A DNA stretch of 64,000 nucleotides from Geosiphon pyriformis uo1 (taxonomy: Eukaryota > Fungi > Glomeromycota), in NCBI GenBank assembly GCA_016748015.1, contig JAAOMT010000400.1, forward strand, positions 62,001 to 126,000, given 5' to 3'. The notes beneath the pieces were generated by a model. It was not told where the DNA came from. It saw nothing but the letters and a program-made list of their open reading frames with translations, and did no database searches. How positions within the stretch are numbered: position 1 is the stretch's first letter; every line of letters begins with the position of its first letter. Made by a program: the position numbers and the translations under genes. Positions 13,604 to 26,384 of the stretch are shown piece by piece.

Positions 13604-16600
13604 AGGTCTGGGATTAGGTTTGTGGCATTCTTGACAAACTGTCGGCATTGGTATTCTTGAATTCTTCCTTGTAATAGACTTTGAATGGGAATTGTTGCAG
13701 ATAAGTACTTCATTTCACATATTTTCCTTCTAATTATGGATTGTTGAGTAATTAAATAAGTTCTTTGTGGTTGGTATATAGATTAAATGGTTGACTGAGA
13801 TAATGTTTCCAAGTCTGTACAGCCCAATAAATGGCAAGACATTCCAGATCTGTTGTGCTGTAATTCTTTTCTGCTGGGCTAGTGCTGTGACTAGTGTAGG
13901 CAACTGGATGTTCTCTATTGTCTGGTCCTATCTGTGATAAGACTGCTCCTAGAGCATTTTTTGAGATGTCCATAGTGACAATGAACCATTTAGTGAAATC
14001 TGGGTAAATTAGGATTGAGGATGTAATTAATCACTACTTAAGATAGTCAAATGCTTTCTGTTGATTTTCTTTTCACAAGTACAGTATGTATTTGGACAAC
14101 AATTGATGGAGTGGTTTTGTGATATTCAAAAAATCTTTAACAAATTGACAATAATATCCTGCCAATCCTAGAAATCCTTGTAATTCTCTGAGATTGATTG
14201 GGACTAAAAAATCCTTGACTTTTTGTACTTTATTTGAATCGGATTTAACTCTATCCTTGCCAATTACATGTCCTTGGAACTTTAACTCAGTTTTTCCAAA
14301 GAAGCATTTCTTGGGATTGAGTTTTAATCTGGCGCTACGAAGGCATTCAAAGACTTGTTGCAAGTGAAGCAAATGGTTATCAAATGTTTTGGAGAACATG
14401 TTTGTATCATCTAAGTAGACTACTACTGATTTCTAAAGGATTTCTTTGTATACTACATCTATCAAGCATTAAAACATGGCAGGAGCATTACAAAGTCCAA
14501 AAGACATTACATTAAACTTGAAGTTTCCATTTCAAGTGGTAAATGCTGTTTTTTCTTTGTCTTTGGAGTCCATTTCAACTTGCCAGTAACTACTTGCTAA
14601 ATCTAATGACAAGAACCATTTTTTTTCTCTAGATTGTCCAGAATTTCTTGGATGAAGGGAGTGGGATAACTATCTCTTCGCATGATGCTGTTTAGTTTCT
14701 TGTAGTCTATACAGAATTGCACTTTTCCATTTTTCTTGGTGACCAAGACTACTGAAGAGGACCAAGGGCTTAACAATTCTTTGATTAGGCTGTTATCAAG
14801 CATCCGTTGTACTTCTTGCTTAATTAGGTTATCACCAGATAGGAGTATGTGGTAAGCTCGTTGCTTAATTGGTCGAGCATCTCCCATATCAATCTGATGC
14901 TTCATAATGTTGGTGCATCCGAACTTATTTTCACTAGCAAAAACATTGGCATACTGATTCAGAAAGACTTTGAGTTGCATTTGTTGCAGAGTATTTAAGT
15001 TTCCTAAATTTAATTTATTGATCTCTTTTGGTGTGAACAAGTAACTTTTTTTTGGCAAATTCCATACTTGTGAGGTAATGTCACAGAATAAGAATAATTG
15101 TGTAAAGTTTGGAATAGACTGGAGTTTTTTAGGATTCTGAATATCTGCAGATATGGAATCAACGAGGGTCCCTTCGGGAATTTCAATAACATCTTCTGTA
15201 GGGTTGTGGATGGAGATTTTGAAGTGTTTATGGGCTTTGGCCAGTAGATATAGATTAGCAACATCGGCTAGGGAACAGATTTCAGGACTGGTTTCGAATA
15301 ACAGGGCTTGATCTTGGATCTTTTGATTCATCTTAAGGGTGTATTGTTGGTATAAAGAAATGAAAATAATGGTGTCAATATAGATAAATTCTATCTGGTC
15401 ACTGTCTTTTTCCATAAAATTAACTAGTACGTTTCCTCTTCCACTTGATCCAAACCCATTAATTCCTTGGGCAGTAAGGCCTAATTCTTCTCAGGTTGTT
15501 ATCAGGGTCAATTGAAGTATTTTGACTAGGGATAGGAAGATAGCTTGGGCAATCTTTTCTTGTGATTTTATTTTGTAGGGTCTGTCCAAATTATTCTGTA
15601 GTATCACAATGATGTTCTCTATGTAACTAGCATTGACAATTTCTCTTTTTACATTGATTTTTTTCTTGGCTAGACTAGATTGAAAGGCAACTTGTACCAT
15701 TGTACTAACAGGAATTTCTAACACTATCTTAAGATCTATTTTTACAAGGAAATGTAAGGCTATAATAATGGGTGATTGTCTAGGGTATCATAGGTCGAAA
15801 CTGGTATCAGTGTTATGCGCTCTTTCAGGGCAGATTCCTTCCTTGTTGTTACTGTACCATTTTAGCTCCAGTTCTTTGGATAGGTTGAGATACGTGAGAT
15901 ACTGTTTTGTTTCAGTATCCTTAGTTGGATCTTGAAACGACATGTCCTCAGTGATTAATACCTCTTTTTTTTTAGGCTCAGATAGTTTGGTGATTGGAAA
16001 CAGTATTCTTGGAGGTGGATTGAACATGAGATTACATTTGTCGCAATACTGGAAGTAACAGGAGATCAAACAATAATCGCACAGTTTGGTATTCAAATTG
16101 GCTAATCTTTGCTTTTGTTCTTTTCAAGTCAGGACCAATTTCTGATATTGGTTCTGAAATGCATCTGGGTCATCCATAAAGAAATTATCCGCAGGTGGTC
16201 CATTATATTCAGGCATCCAAGAGTTATCCTTAATTTCTCATATCTCTTCAGGAATGACCCCTTTGGCTTTGGTGCTTGCCATTCTCCAGATTTCATGATC
16301 ATTGTGTAGATAACCATCCAGTCTGTTGAGTGCTCATTTCCAAGCATCCTTGATGGAAGTTTTTTTTTGTACCCAATCATTGATTAATATGGTGTATTGA
16401 CAAGCCTTATTGCATGTTCCTCTTTTACTAGGCACATCATTTCAGAGTCTTTTATTGGGCAAAATCTTGCCACATATGAGACACGATGTGTTGTTCCACT
16501 TGCCTTGTCATTTTGTTTGTTCAAATCTTTCTAGTACACAAGGTCTGCAGTAGTATTTGGTAACAGTAGACCATTCTTTGTTGTCTCCAATACATGCACT

Positions 16601-18504
16601 CATAGTGGATAACTTCTTTCCACAATTGACACATATGAGTCTTAGAGGTTGGTAAAATAAGTTTCTTTGGTCTGAGGTTACATATCCTAGTGATGACAAT
16701 TGGGGTTTCTCTTCTGCTCTGCTTTTTCTTTTTTCTTCCCAGATTGGTGGTGGGGGTAGTTCAGTTTGATAATCATCCACTCATAAAACCTGATAGGTTT
16801 TAATGGTTGGTGGCAGTAGTGTGTCTTCGAATTCAATAAGAGGTTCCTTAGTACGTTGGGTTTTAAAGTGTCTACATATAGCTGGGACTCGGGCATGCTG
16901 TCTGTTGAATGTGAGTTGAAGTTCTTGGGTGTTCCAGTCAAGAGTAGTGTTGGCTTTTGACAACCAATCATTTCCCACTAGAGCTTGATATTGAGTAGCT
17001 TCCATGATGAGTACTTTGATAGGAATCTAAATTCTATTAATCTCAAAGAGAAAATTGTCAATTTCTTCTATCGGGGTTTTTGTGTTTCTATTCACTGTAA
17101 TAATCTGGGTGGTAGTGGCACAGTCTACTTGGCAACCTAGTTGGTCCATGAGCTGCTTTGTGATTATGCTACCAGTTAATCTGCTATTCAGAATTAACTT
17201 AATGTTTATTTCTCTGACTCTGGCATTAGTGTATAGAGCCATTATTGGTTTATCTTAATTAATGACTGCTTCACTAAAAAGGCTATGGGTGTTCAAATTA
17301 TTGATATCAAAAAGAAATATGGTGGCTAGGGTGGTGTTTTTGGTAATAGTGGCTGGTGGGATATTGCTTTTTGTTTGCTTAGAAGGTTGGGAGATTTGTT
17401 CTACATCCCTCCCTTCCATAGGTGTAGATTTATTAAAACCCTAGTCTTTTGTGAGACTGAGATAGAAAGCTTGATTTGGGTATCCAGTTGGTGCTGGTCA
17501 AGATTGAGCAGGACCGTGAGAGATTGATCAAGACAGTCTACTGTTGGTTTGTGCCTAATTGTTGTTGAGATTCCTCCATCCCTGATTATAGTCTATAGCT
17601 CAAGGTTTGGGCTGACTGTAAGGAGGAGTTTGATAGTGGGGGATTGCTTGTGTTATTGGTGGTAGTTGATAATAATTCTGGAGTGGTGGTTGAGTGTATG
17701 GGACTTGTTGTGCATATTGGGGCAGTTGATTTTGAGGTATGGGATATTGGAATACCATGTTTTGCTAATATCTTGGTTGCTGGTATTGGTTTCCTTGATT
17801 TTGGTTTATTATCTTCTTTCTGTAGTCCCAGACAATGTGTTCAGATTTTTGACAGTAGTAACAATTGTGAAAATTGGTTCTCCAAAGTTGTTGCTGTTGC
17901 TAACAGTTCTATTGCTGGGGGTATCTGCTGTTGTTGTTATTTTCTCTTTGTTGGGGTGGTTGGTAAGTTCCTGTAGTTCTGACTAAGAATCCCTCAATTT
18001 TTTGAGTTAGTTTCTCACTCAATTGGGTTATCTTTGCATCGATGTCAGAGATTCCATTAATGGCTAAATTAATGGCTTGGATATGGTTTGCTTTTTGTTC
18101 TGCAGACTCAAAATTGTGAACAAGAACAATGGCATCTTGTAAATTGGTCGGATAGCAGAGTCTTACAGATTTTAGAATACTACTTCACAATTCTTTAATG
18201 AATTAATTAAGAACTTGCACTGCAGTATAGTAGTCCCTTTTGATAGCTAATATTTAACAAAGGATTTGATTGAATTGTCCAAGATAAGTAGTTACTGCTT
18301 CGTGATTTTTTTGTTTAATTATACTGAATTGATTCTGCAATCAGATTAAAGTATTGGAGTTGTAAAAGTATTGTAGAAAGACAAGCTTAAAGATATTAAA
18401 GTTAGTTGGTTTTTCTGCAAGGCTTTGATACCACAAGTTTGTGGTTCTGGTTAGAAAGAATGGTAGTACTTGAATAGCTCTGTCATCATCCCAGTTGTTG
18501 GTGG

Positions 18505-21500
18505 TATTACAGGTAACTATTTCTAATGTTGGATTAAATAACAAACCCGTAACTTGGTGCTCAAATCTAATTGCAGTTGATAGTGATCTGAAGGTTTGTG
18601 TCTAAAAAGTTTGTATCCAAAAGATTTGGTTGAGTTTTTTGTATAATGAACAGAAATTCAATGGTAATAGTTTTATTCATAGCTTCCTGAAACCACAGTT
18701 TCGTCAATTTTTTTCTCAGCTTGATGGCTGGTATTTCTTCTGGTAAGCTATCTTTAATCGAGTATTCTACCCTTATTTCTGGGTCTTTTACCAGTTACAT
18801 TTATTCTAACATCAGTACTCTGCATGTTAATCCTCAATAGAGTTAGTAAATAACAATAAAATTAAAGCAAAAAATAAAGAAAAAAAAAGAAAATAAAGAA
18901 AGAAAAAAAATAAGCCAAGGCAATTTGCAAGTTAGTATTCCATCAATAGCCATAATCAAGAGCTATTGTTCCAGTATAGTTAAGTATCAATTACTATCAA
19001 CATGAAATGTTGATAATGGCAGCAGGTTTGAGATAACAAACAGTTATTTATTTGTGGTTTGGAAAGTTGTCTAGATGAAATCTAAATTGAAAGGTCTGTC
19101 TTTTTAGTTTCTAATCCTACTGCTATATATACATAATTGAGATTCCTCAATTCCTCAATTTTTCACAACAGAAATCCTGAAATTCTTGAAATCCTGCAAT
19201 TTTTTTGAGAGGAATCCTGGAATTCTGGAATCCTGTGATTTCTTGTGAGAATTCTATAATTCCTGAAATCCTGCAATTCCTAAAAGGAATTCTGAAATTC
19301 TACATTTTACTATGTCTACTTCTGATTGGTTAATAACTATGCTAATATATATTCCCTATATTTCTATAAGTAATATTATTCCCTCCTTTTAATATTGAGC
19401 TCCATCGAAATCTAACTTTGTTAATTCTCTTTCTTGAAGTATTTCCTGAATTTTATTTTCGAAAATTACTTGTGTTATTGTTATAGCCATTTTGAACAAA
19501 GCTGGAATCATTATTTTTGTTATCATTGTTGTCGGAGTTTGAATTAGGGTTAGAACTCAATTCTGATTCTGATGTGCAGCTGTTGATTGGTTCTTCTTCT
19601 TTAAGGATTGTGTAAATCATGCGTGGTGGTAGATTGTAGATAAAATCACAATCATCACAGAATTGGAAGTCACATGGAATCAAACAGTGGTCACATAATT
19701 GGGTGTTGATTTTTTCCAAGCACTGCTTTTGCTCTTCTTTTGTGGGTGCTAGATTCTGATAGTGTTCATGGAATTCTTCTGGGCTGTTTTCTAAGTTGAT
19801 AAAGGTGTCCAGGTTGAAAACCAAAACAATATCTGTTGGTTTTGAAGGGTTATTCTTGATTTTCAGAATTTCATTAGGCAAAGCACCTTCTACTTTGGCA
19901 TTGGCCATTTGCCAGATCTCGTCCTTGTCATGTGGATAGCCATTTAGGCAAGATATAGCTCAGTGCCATGCTGCTGTGATGGGTGTACTACAACTCACCC
20001 AGTCACTAATAAGGATCATGTATTGGTACAAAGTATCACACATTCTTTCTCGACCAGAAATGTCATTTCACATTCCTTTGTCAAGTAATTGTTCGCTGCA
20101 AGTGAGACATAGTTCATTGTCCTACTTGCCTTGTCTTTTTGGGTAGTCATATTGTTCCCTATGGCAGAGTTTGCAATAGTAATGGGTTCGCGTCCAGTAG
20201 TTTTCATCTGGTGCTATCCAAGCTCCTATTGAGGACAGTTTTTTCTTACAGTCCTTGCATTTGAGAGGTATGTATGGTGGCTCTTTTATTGGTTCACGTG
20301 AGTATTTCCTTTCCCAGTCACTAGTTATTTCTTCTGCAGTGGTAGTTTCTTCAGATATGTTTTTTTCCCTTCCTTTCCCTTTTTCCTTGCTTTTTTTTTC
20401 TCAATCTAGAATTGGTAGCATCTCACTTTTGTTGTTGGTTCAAGTGTTGATGGTGGTTTCTCAGGTAGGTTTTTCTCTTTGTTTCTTCTTTTTATTGTCA
20501 TTGTTGTCTCAAGCAAGTATTGGTGGCAGTTCATTGTGGTTGATGTCAGCCCATAAGACTTGGTACACTTCTCAGATGGGTTTCGCTTTTTCTTTCTCGA
20601 ATTTAATAAGTGGTGTTGATGACATAGTGATGGGCTTAAAGTGATCACATGTGGCTGGTACCCATGTGTGTTGACTGTTCTGGCTAAGCTGAAGCTCTTG
20701 GATGTTCCAATCTAAGATTGTGTTGGTTTTGGACAGCCAGTTGTTCCCAACAAGTGCTTGGTATTAAGTTGTTTCCATGACAAGTACTTTGATTGGTACT
20801 ATAATGCCATTGACTTCAATTGGGAAATCATCAATTTCGTCAATTGGGGGTTTTGGTGGCTCTATCCGCAGTAATAATTCTGGCACTAGCAGTGCGATTA
20901 ACTTAGCGATCTAATTGATCTATGAGTTGTTATGTAATAATGCTGTCTGCTGAACCACTGTCAAAGATTAATTTGATGGAGTGGCCATCAATTTTGGCAT
21001 CAGTATACATGGCAGTGATCAGTTTCTCTTCAAGTGCAGCTCTATTAAATAATAACGTATTTGACAGTTCTTCGAGTTTGAATGGAAAGATGGCATCCAA
21101 AGATTCATTTTTGGTGATTGTAGCAGGTAAAATATTATTGGTAGGTGGTTGTTGTTGTTCGATTCCTGAATTGCTGGATGTGGCATCTTCTGGAGTCATC
21201 AGGAGGCTTAAATAGTGTTGAGAATTCGGGTTTTAGGTAGGACTGGTGCCCGAATTCTATTGACAAGATCCTGATTGTTGGTGGGAAGAGCTGAGGATTG
21301 GTTGATGTACAACCATTACTGATCTCCAGTTTTGGGTGATCCTTGATCTTGGGTTCTCTGATGTTATTTGAGCTGAGTTTGCTGGTGGTGTTTGAATGGT
21401 GGGTGTTTGATAGATTGCTGGTGGCTGTGGTTAATATATTACTTGTGGCTGTGCCTGATAAATTGCTTGTAGTGGCAGTTAATAAACTGGTGGTTAATAA

Positions 21501-24332
21501 ATTGGTTGGTGTGTTATAGGCAGATAAGTGGGTTGGTATTGGTCTTAATTTGAGTGATGGTTTGGAGTCTGGAACTGGCGATTGGAGTTTCTATATTGAT
21601 TTCCCGATCATGAATTGCTATAAGTATGGCAGTTGGCTCTGATGTGCTCTTGTTTACCACAGTTGTGACAAATGCGCATCTTTGGCTGCCACAACTGATT
21701 GGATGATGATGATGGACGTAACTGATTTTGAAAACAATTCACATTTCCCTGATTGTTATGCCGTTGAGGAGGTTGATAAATCATGCAATTGTCAGCTAAG
21801 TATCCCTCTAATTTCTGATTAATTGAATCACTGAATTGCTTCAATTTGGAATCCAATTCAGATAATTCATTTATTGCTAGATTCAGCTTGGGTGTGATTA
21901 GCTTCTAGTTCAGCTGCTTCAAAATCCCTGGCATAAGTGACTGCAGTTAAAAGATTCACTAAGTGCATTGGACATACTTGTTGTAGGATGCTACTGTGCA
22001 ATCTTCTAATAAATTGATTTAAAATCTGTGGCACTATGAAATAGTCAGCTTGGATAACTTGTATTTGGTATAGATTTCTATGGAAGTGTTCTAAGTAGGT
22101 AGTAACTGCTTCAGTGTCCCCTTGTCTGATAGTGGTAAAGGTGTTGGCTAATTTGTTGATACTATTATTGTTGCTAAAGTACTGCAAGAATTCAGTTTTG
22201 AATCCATTAAAATTTTGGGGTTTGACAACAAGACTTTGATACCATGCATCAGCAGTATCCTAAAGAAAATAAGAGATCACTTGTATTACTCTAGCATCAT
22301 CCCAATTATTGGCTGTAATGGCTTTGGCCATGTTATTTAACCAGACTTGGGCATCATTTTCTTCACCATTGAATTTGTTGAGTTTCATGATGGGTGCATA
22401 AGCCATTTGTTGTTGCTGTGATAATAGAAGTTGTTGTTGTTGTTAGGGCAGTACTGGTGGCAGTTGTTGATTTTGTTGGTTTGGTGGTTGGATGGACTGG
22501 TCAATTGGTTCAACAGGTGATTAATCAATGATAATAACTAGAGGTAAGTGTTGATTAATTACTTTGGAGTTTGGATTGTTCTGATTTGGTGGGGTTTGAA
22601 TATTTGGAGTGTCATTTTCTGAATTGTCTAAATTGGACTGGGTTTGAAAGTTTGGGGTTTCAATTTCTGGGTTTTCTAGGATCAGGTTTTAGTAAGTAAA
22701 TTCTTGATTTTCAGATTCTTCTTTCTCTTCTACTTCTTGTTTTCCTTTTGATTCAGTAATTTTCCAAGGACTTGTGATTCCAAAATTCGGGTGAGGTGGT
22801 AGTAATCAAAATTCTGATGGCATTGGTAATCAAGATTTAAATCCTTTAAAATACTTGTCATATAGTTTTAGTAGATCCTCTTTTCTTTGTTTACTTTGGA
22901 ATGGGAATTGTCCAAATGCTGATGTCATGTTTGATGTGGCCATGCTGGTAGATGTAATATTAATGATGTTTCCAAGTGTATAGTGGTATAATGGATTAGT
23001 TGGAAACTCAACTCTTGTTTTCTTTCAAGTAGGTGGTTGTATTCTTTTGAGTGTTACTGCTGGTGTTTGCAGTTTTTCTTTGCCTTTGCTTGCATAAGTA
23101 ATGGGGTATCTTTGCTGTGTATGGTGTTCAATTTCTTTGTTGATTTCCGTGATGATGGAAGCAAAATTGTGATTTGTTGGCAGGTTGGTATTTTGAATTA
23201 ATTCACTGTAAAAGGCTTCTCTTGTCAATTCGATATTTACTGGTGTTTCTAATAGATGGGCAATTCTTTTGTTGACGTAGAAATTGAAAGCTAATTCTAC
23301 TGATATGTGGTTGTGATTTAATTCCAAATGTTGACAGTAGTATTGAAATAAGAATTTTGCGAATCCTAGATAGTTTGTTCCTATGTTTTCTGATTCTGCC
23401 ACTTTTAGATTTGTGTTGGTGCTGGTTCTCTGTAGGATTATACCTTACAGGGAGCATCAAATGTTACAGGTGACTATTTTTGGTGTTGGATTAAATAACA
23501 AACCTGTAACTTGGTGTTCAAATCTAGTTGCAGTTGATAGTGATCTGAAGATTTGTGTCTAAAAGGTTTGTATCTGAAGGGTTTGGTTGAGTTCTTTGTA
23601 TAATAGACAGAGATTTAATGGTAATAGTTTTATCCATAGCTTTCCGAAACCGCAGTTTTGTTAATTTTTTTCTCAGCTTGATGGCTGGTATTCCTCTTGG
23701 TAAGCTATCCTCAATTGAGTGTTCTACTCTTATTTCTGGGTCTTTTACCAGTCACGTTTATCCCGATGTCAGTACCCTGTGCATTAATCCTTAATAGAGT
23801 TAGTAAATAACAATAAAATCAAAGCAAGAAATAAAGAAAAAAAAAGAAAATAAAGAAAGAAAAAAAATAAGCCAAGGCAATTTGCAAGTTAGTATTCCGT
23901 CAATAGCCATAATCAAGAGCTATTGTTCCAGTGTGGTTAAGTATCAATTACTATCAACATGAAGTGTTGATAGTGGCAGCAGGTTTGAGATAACAAACAG
24001 TTATTTATTTGTGGTTTGGAAAGTTGTCTAGATGAAATCTAAATTGAAAGGTCTGTTTTTTTAGTTTCTAATCCTACTGCTATATATACATAATTGAAAT
24101 TCCTCAATTCCTCAATTTTTCACAACAGGAATCCTGGAATTCCTAAAATTCTGCAATTCTTTTGAGAGGAATCCTAGAATTCTGGAATCCTGTGATTTCT
24201 TGTGAGAATTCTATAATTTCTGGAATCCTGCAATTCCTAAAAGGAATTCTGAAATTCCACATTTTACTATATCTACTTCTGATTGGTTAATAACTATGCT
24301 AATATATATTTCCTATATTTCTATGAATAACA
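18505..24332 (-). mobile_element. Ty3/Gypsy element B, internally deleted (lacks dUTPase-RT-RH-IN), nested in gag of A
   Basis: LTRs 18505-19375 and 23462-24332; PBS 23442-23459; PPT ~19376-19390; TSD gtgg/gcag (ancestral GCGG); deletion junction ~19475. Confidence 0.93.
19476..23402 (-). pseudogene. gag-protease-ZnF remnant of B
   Basis: GTG start; capsid-like region; zinc knuckle CHNCGKQEHIRANC; protease FDSGSADS; CDHCLIPCDFQFCDDC. Confidence 0.9.
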
Positions 24333-25292
24333 GCAGTGATTGCTTTTTCGGCTTCTGCAATCCACAAATACATGTTATCTTCTTCCCCCAAGAATTTTTC
24401 TAACTTAGTGATATCTCAGTAAGCCATGATCCAGTTGATAGGTAAGATGTTACTGGTTATGTTTAAGAGGGTTGGTGTCTGTGTATTTGAGTGTTCTCCG
24501 AGTGCTAATACTGGTTGTTTCCCTTTGTTGCTTAAACCAATAGGTTGTAAGATAGCTGTTTTTTCCATTAGGGGAGATGCTGATTCTGCTAGGTTTTGTG
24601 TTAGTGGCTGTTCCCAAGTTGACATGTTTTCTTTTGTTTGACCAGCTGCTGAGATAAGATTTCCAAACAGCGATCCATATTCTCCTAGTGATTTGGTCCA
24701 ACTGTGTTGATTCCAAGAGTGTGAATTTCCAGAAGTTTGTAGTGTTTCCGACTGGGTTTCCAGGAGTGGATTAAATACAATTCTACTTTGGAGTGTCTGA
24801 TGGTATGATGGAGTTGTTGGGAAGAGGACTCTTGGTTTTTTGTTGACTGTGGATTTGTCTTGGGCAGTTGTGAGATTATTGGATCCATACTCGTATTCCT
24901 TCAAATCAGATTCTATTGGTTGTTGTACTTGAAAGAATCATTTTGTCACATAGTGTTTAATGTCTGTATTGACTATGCATAGGGTTTTAACAATAGCTCA
25001 AGTAGTGGTAGTTGTTGAGTACCTTAGTAAGCTTTGATAGATTTGTTTTTTAAGTTTTTCTATGTCTATTGTGTGGTCTAACAAGCAGTCAATTTTTGCA
25101 TTGATATAGTTGCAAAAATCACTTTCTGCAATGGTAGTTTTTGCTGGTATTCTTAGATCTTTTCAAAAGTATTGAAATAGTGCTTTTCTATATGAGAAGT
25201 GGTCTTTTTCTATTGTTCCAATAGTCACCACTTTTGTGTATCTCTGGAGTGCTCTGTCTCTGTGGATTTATAACCTCACAGGGAGCACCAAA

Positions 25293-26384
25293 TGTTATGG
25301 ATAAACTTGGTGGAGATGAGAAATTGTAATGTTTGGTGCTCTCAATTATTGATGATGCGTCTTCCGCATAATTCTGTTGGCTTAGTCTTGATTATTAGTC
25401 TCTAAAGGTCTATTTCTGGATGTGATTTTACCCATTGAGTTCTTTGGTTATAAGACACAGAGTTTGTCTTTCATCAATTACAACATTTTCAGTAAATATA
25501 AGCTTTTTTCTCCAAGTTAACAAGCACAGTCGTTAGGATCTGGTGTTGTCTTTTCACCCTTCTAATAAGCTAACAAGATAATGTTAATATCCAAAACTTA
25601 GAGGGAGTTTCTTTCTTTTACCAGACTATCATAAAGTCTATTCTCAGACAGTCAATTTTACTATGTTGCTGCTTTACAAAAAAATAAGAAAGAAAAAGAA
25701 AAGAAAAGAAAGAAAAGATAAATTAGTATCATCAATTGCCATGATCAAGAGCAATTGGTCCAAATTGTTAATAGTTCGAGGTGGTTATGCTAAGAGCATC
25801 TGTCCTAAAATGAAGGTATGAGGCAAGGGTTAATTCACATAAATTTCATGAAGTTTGAGAACATGAATTCATGATTCTGATTTTTTTAATAATTGGTTTA
25901 TTTCAGAAGATGAAATAGAGAAGATAATAAATAATAAAGGGGTATGGATATTTGATTCTTGTCTAGAAGTTTGTATCTATCTGTCTGTTTTTCTAACTTC
26001 TATAACTACTTGTTTTTATACATTCTTTTGGTTTTACAAGATTGCTTTCAATTGTCTTGCTATTATTAGCTATTGCTTTGTTATTTCTGTTATTGCTTTG
26101 TTTTTCTACATTATTGCTAGTTATCCTATATTATAACACATTATCTGATGTTATTACATGTTATTCTGTATTATCTTGTATTATAACACGTTATTCTATG
26201 TTATAATCCGTTTATCCAATGTTATTGCATGCTATTCTGTGTTATCCTGCATTATAACATGTTATCCTACATTATAACACATTATCCAATGTTATTGTGC
26301 ACTATTTTGTGTTATGTCATGTTTTGGTTACATTTTGGTTACGTTTTTTCATAACTTTGGATCAGTTTTTCTACTCGGATAACA
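25293..26384 (-). repeat. 5' LTR of A
   Basis: Adjacent to the PBS; matches 10303-11410. Confidence 0.95.

Larger units (their letters stand above)
13614..25231 (-). pseudogene. gag-PR-ZnF-dUTPase-RT-RNaseH polyprotein of A, split by B (own parts 25231-24333 and 18504-13614)
   Basis: EAEKAITA|NNWDD rejoins across B. PR: IKLILNS..YQALVGNDWL. dUTPase: SFDL, QSSLAKK, IAQAIF, INGFGSSG. RT: YLDD. RH: DISKNALGAVLSQ..NADSLSR. Confidence 0.92.
10303..26384 (-). mobile_element. Ty3/Gypsy LTR retrotransposon A (full length, decayed), contains B
   Basis: LTRs 10303-11410 and 25293-26384 (TGTT...AACA); PBS 25273-25290; PPT 11411-11426; TSD acaa/atga (ancestral ACGA); order gag-PR-dUT-RT-RH-IN. Confidence 0.95.

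Noticed and set aside
17644-17986. Hydrophobic plus-strand ORFs antisense to gag (also 48803-49234 and 62636-62914)
   Set aside because: Shadow frames of the A/C-rich gag strand.
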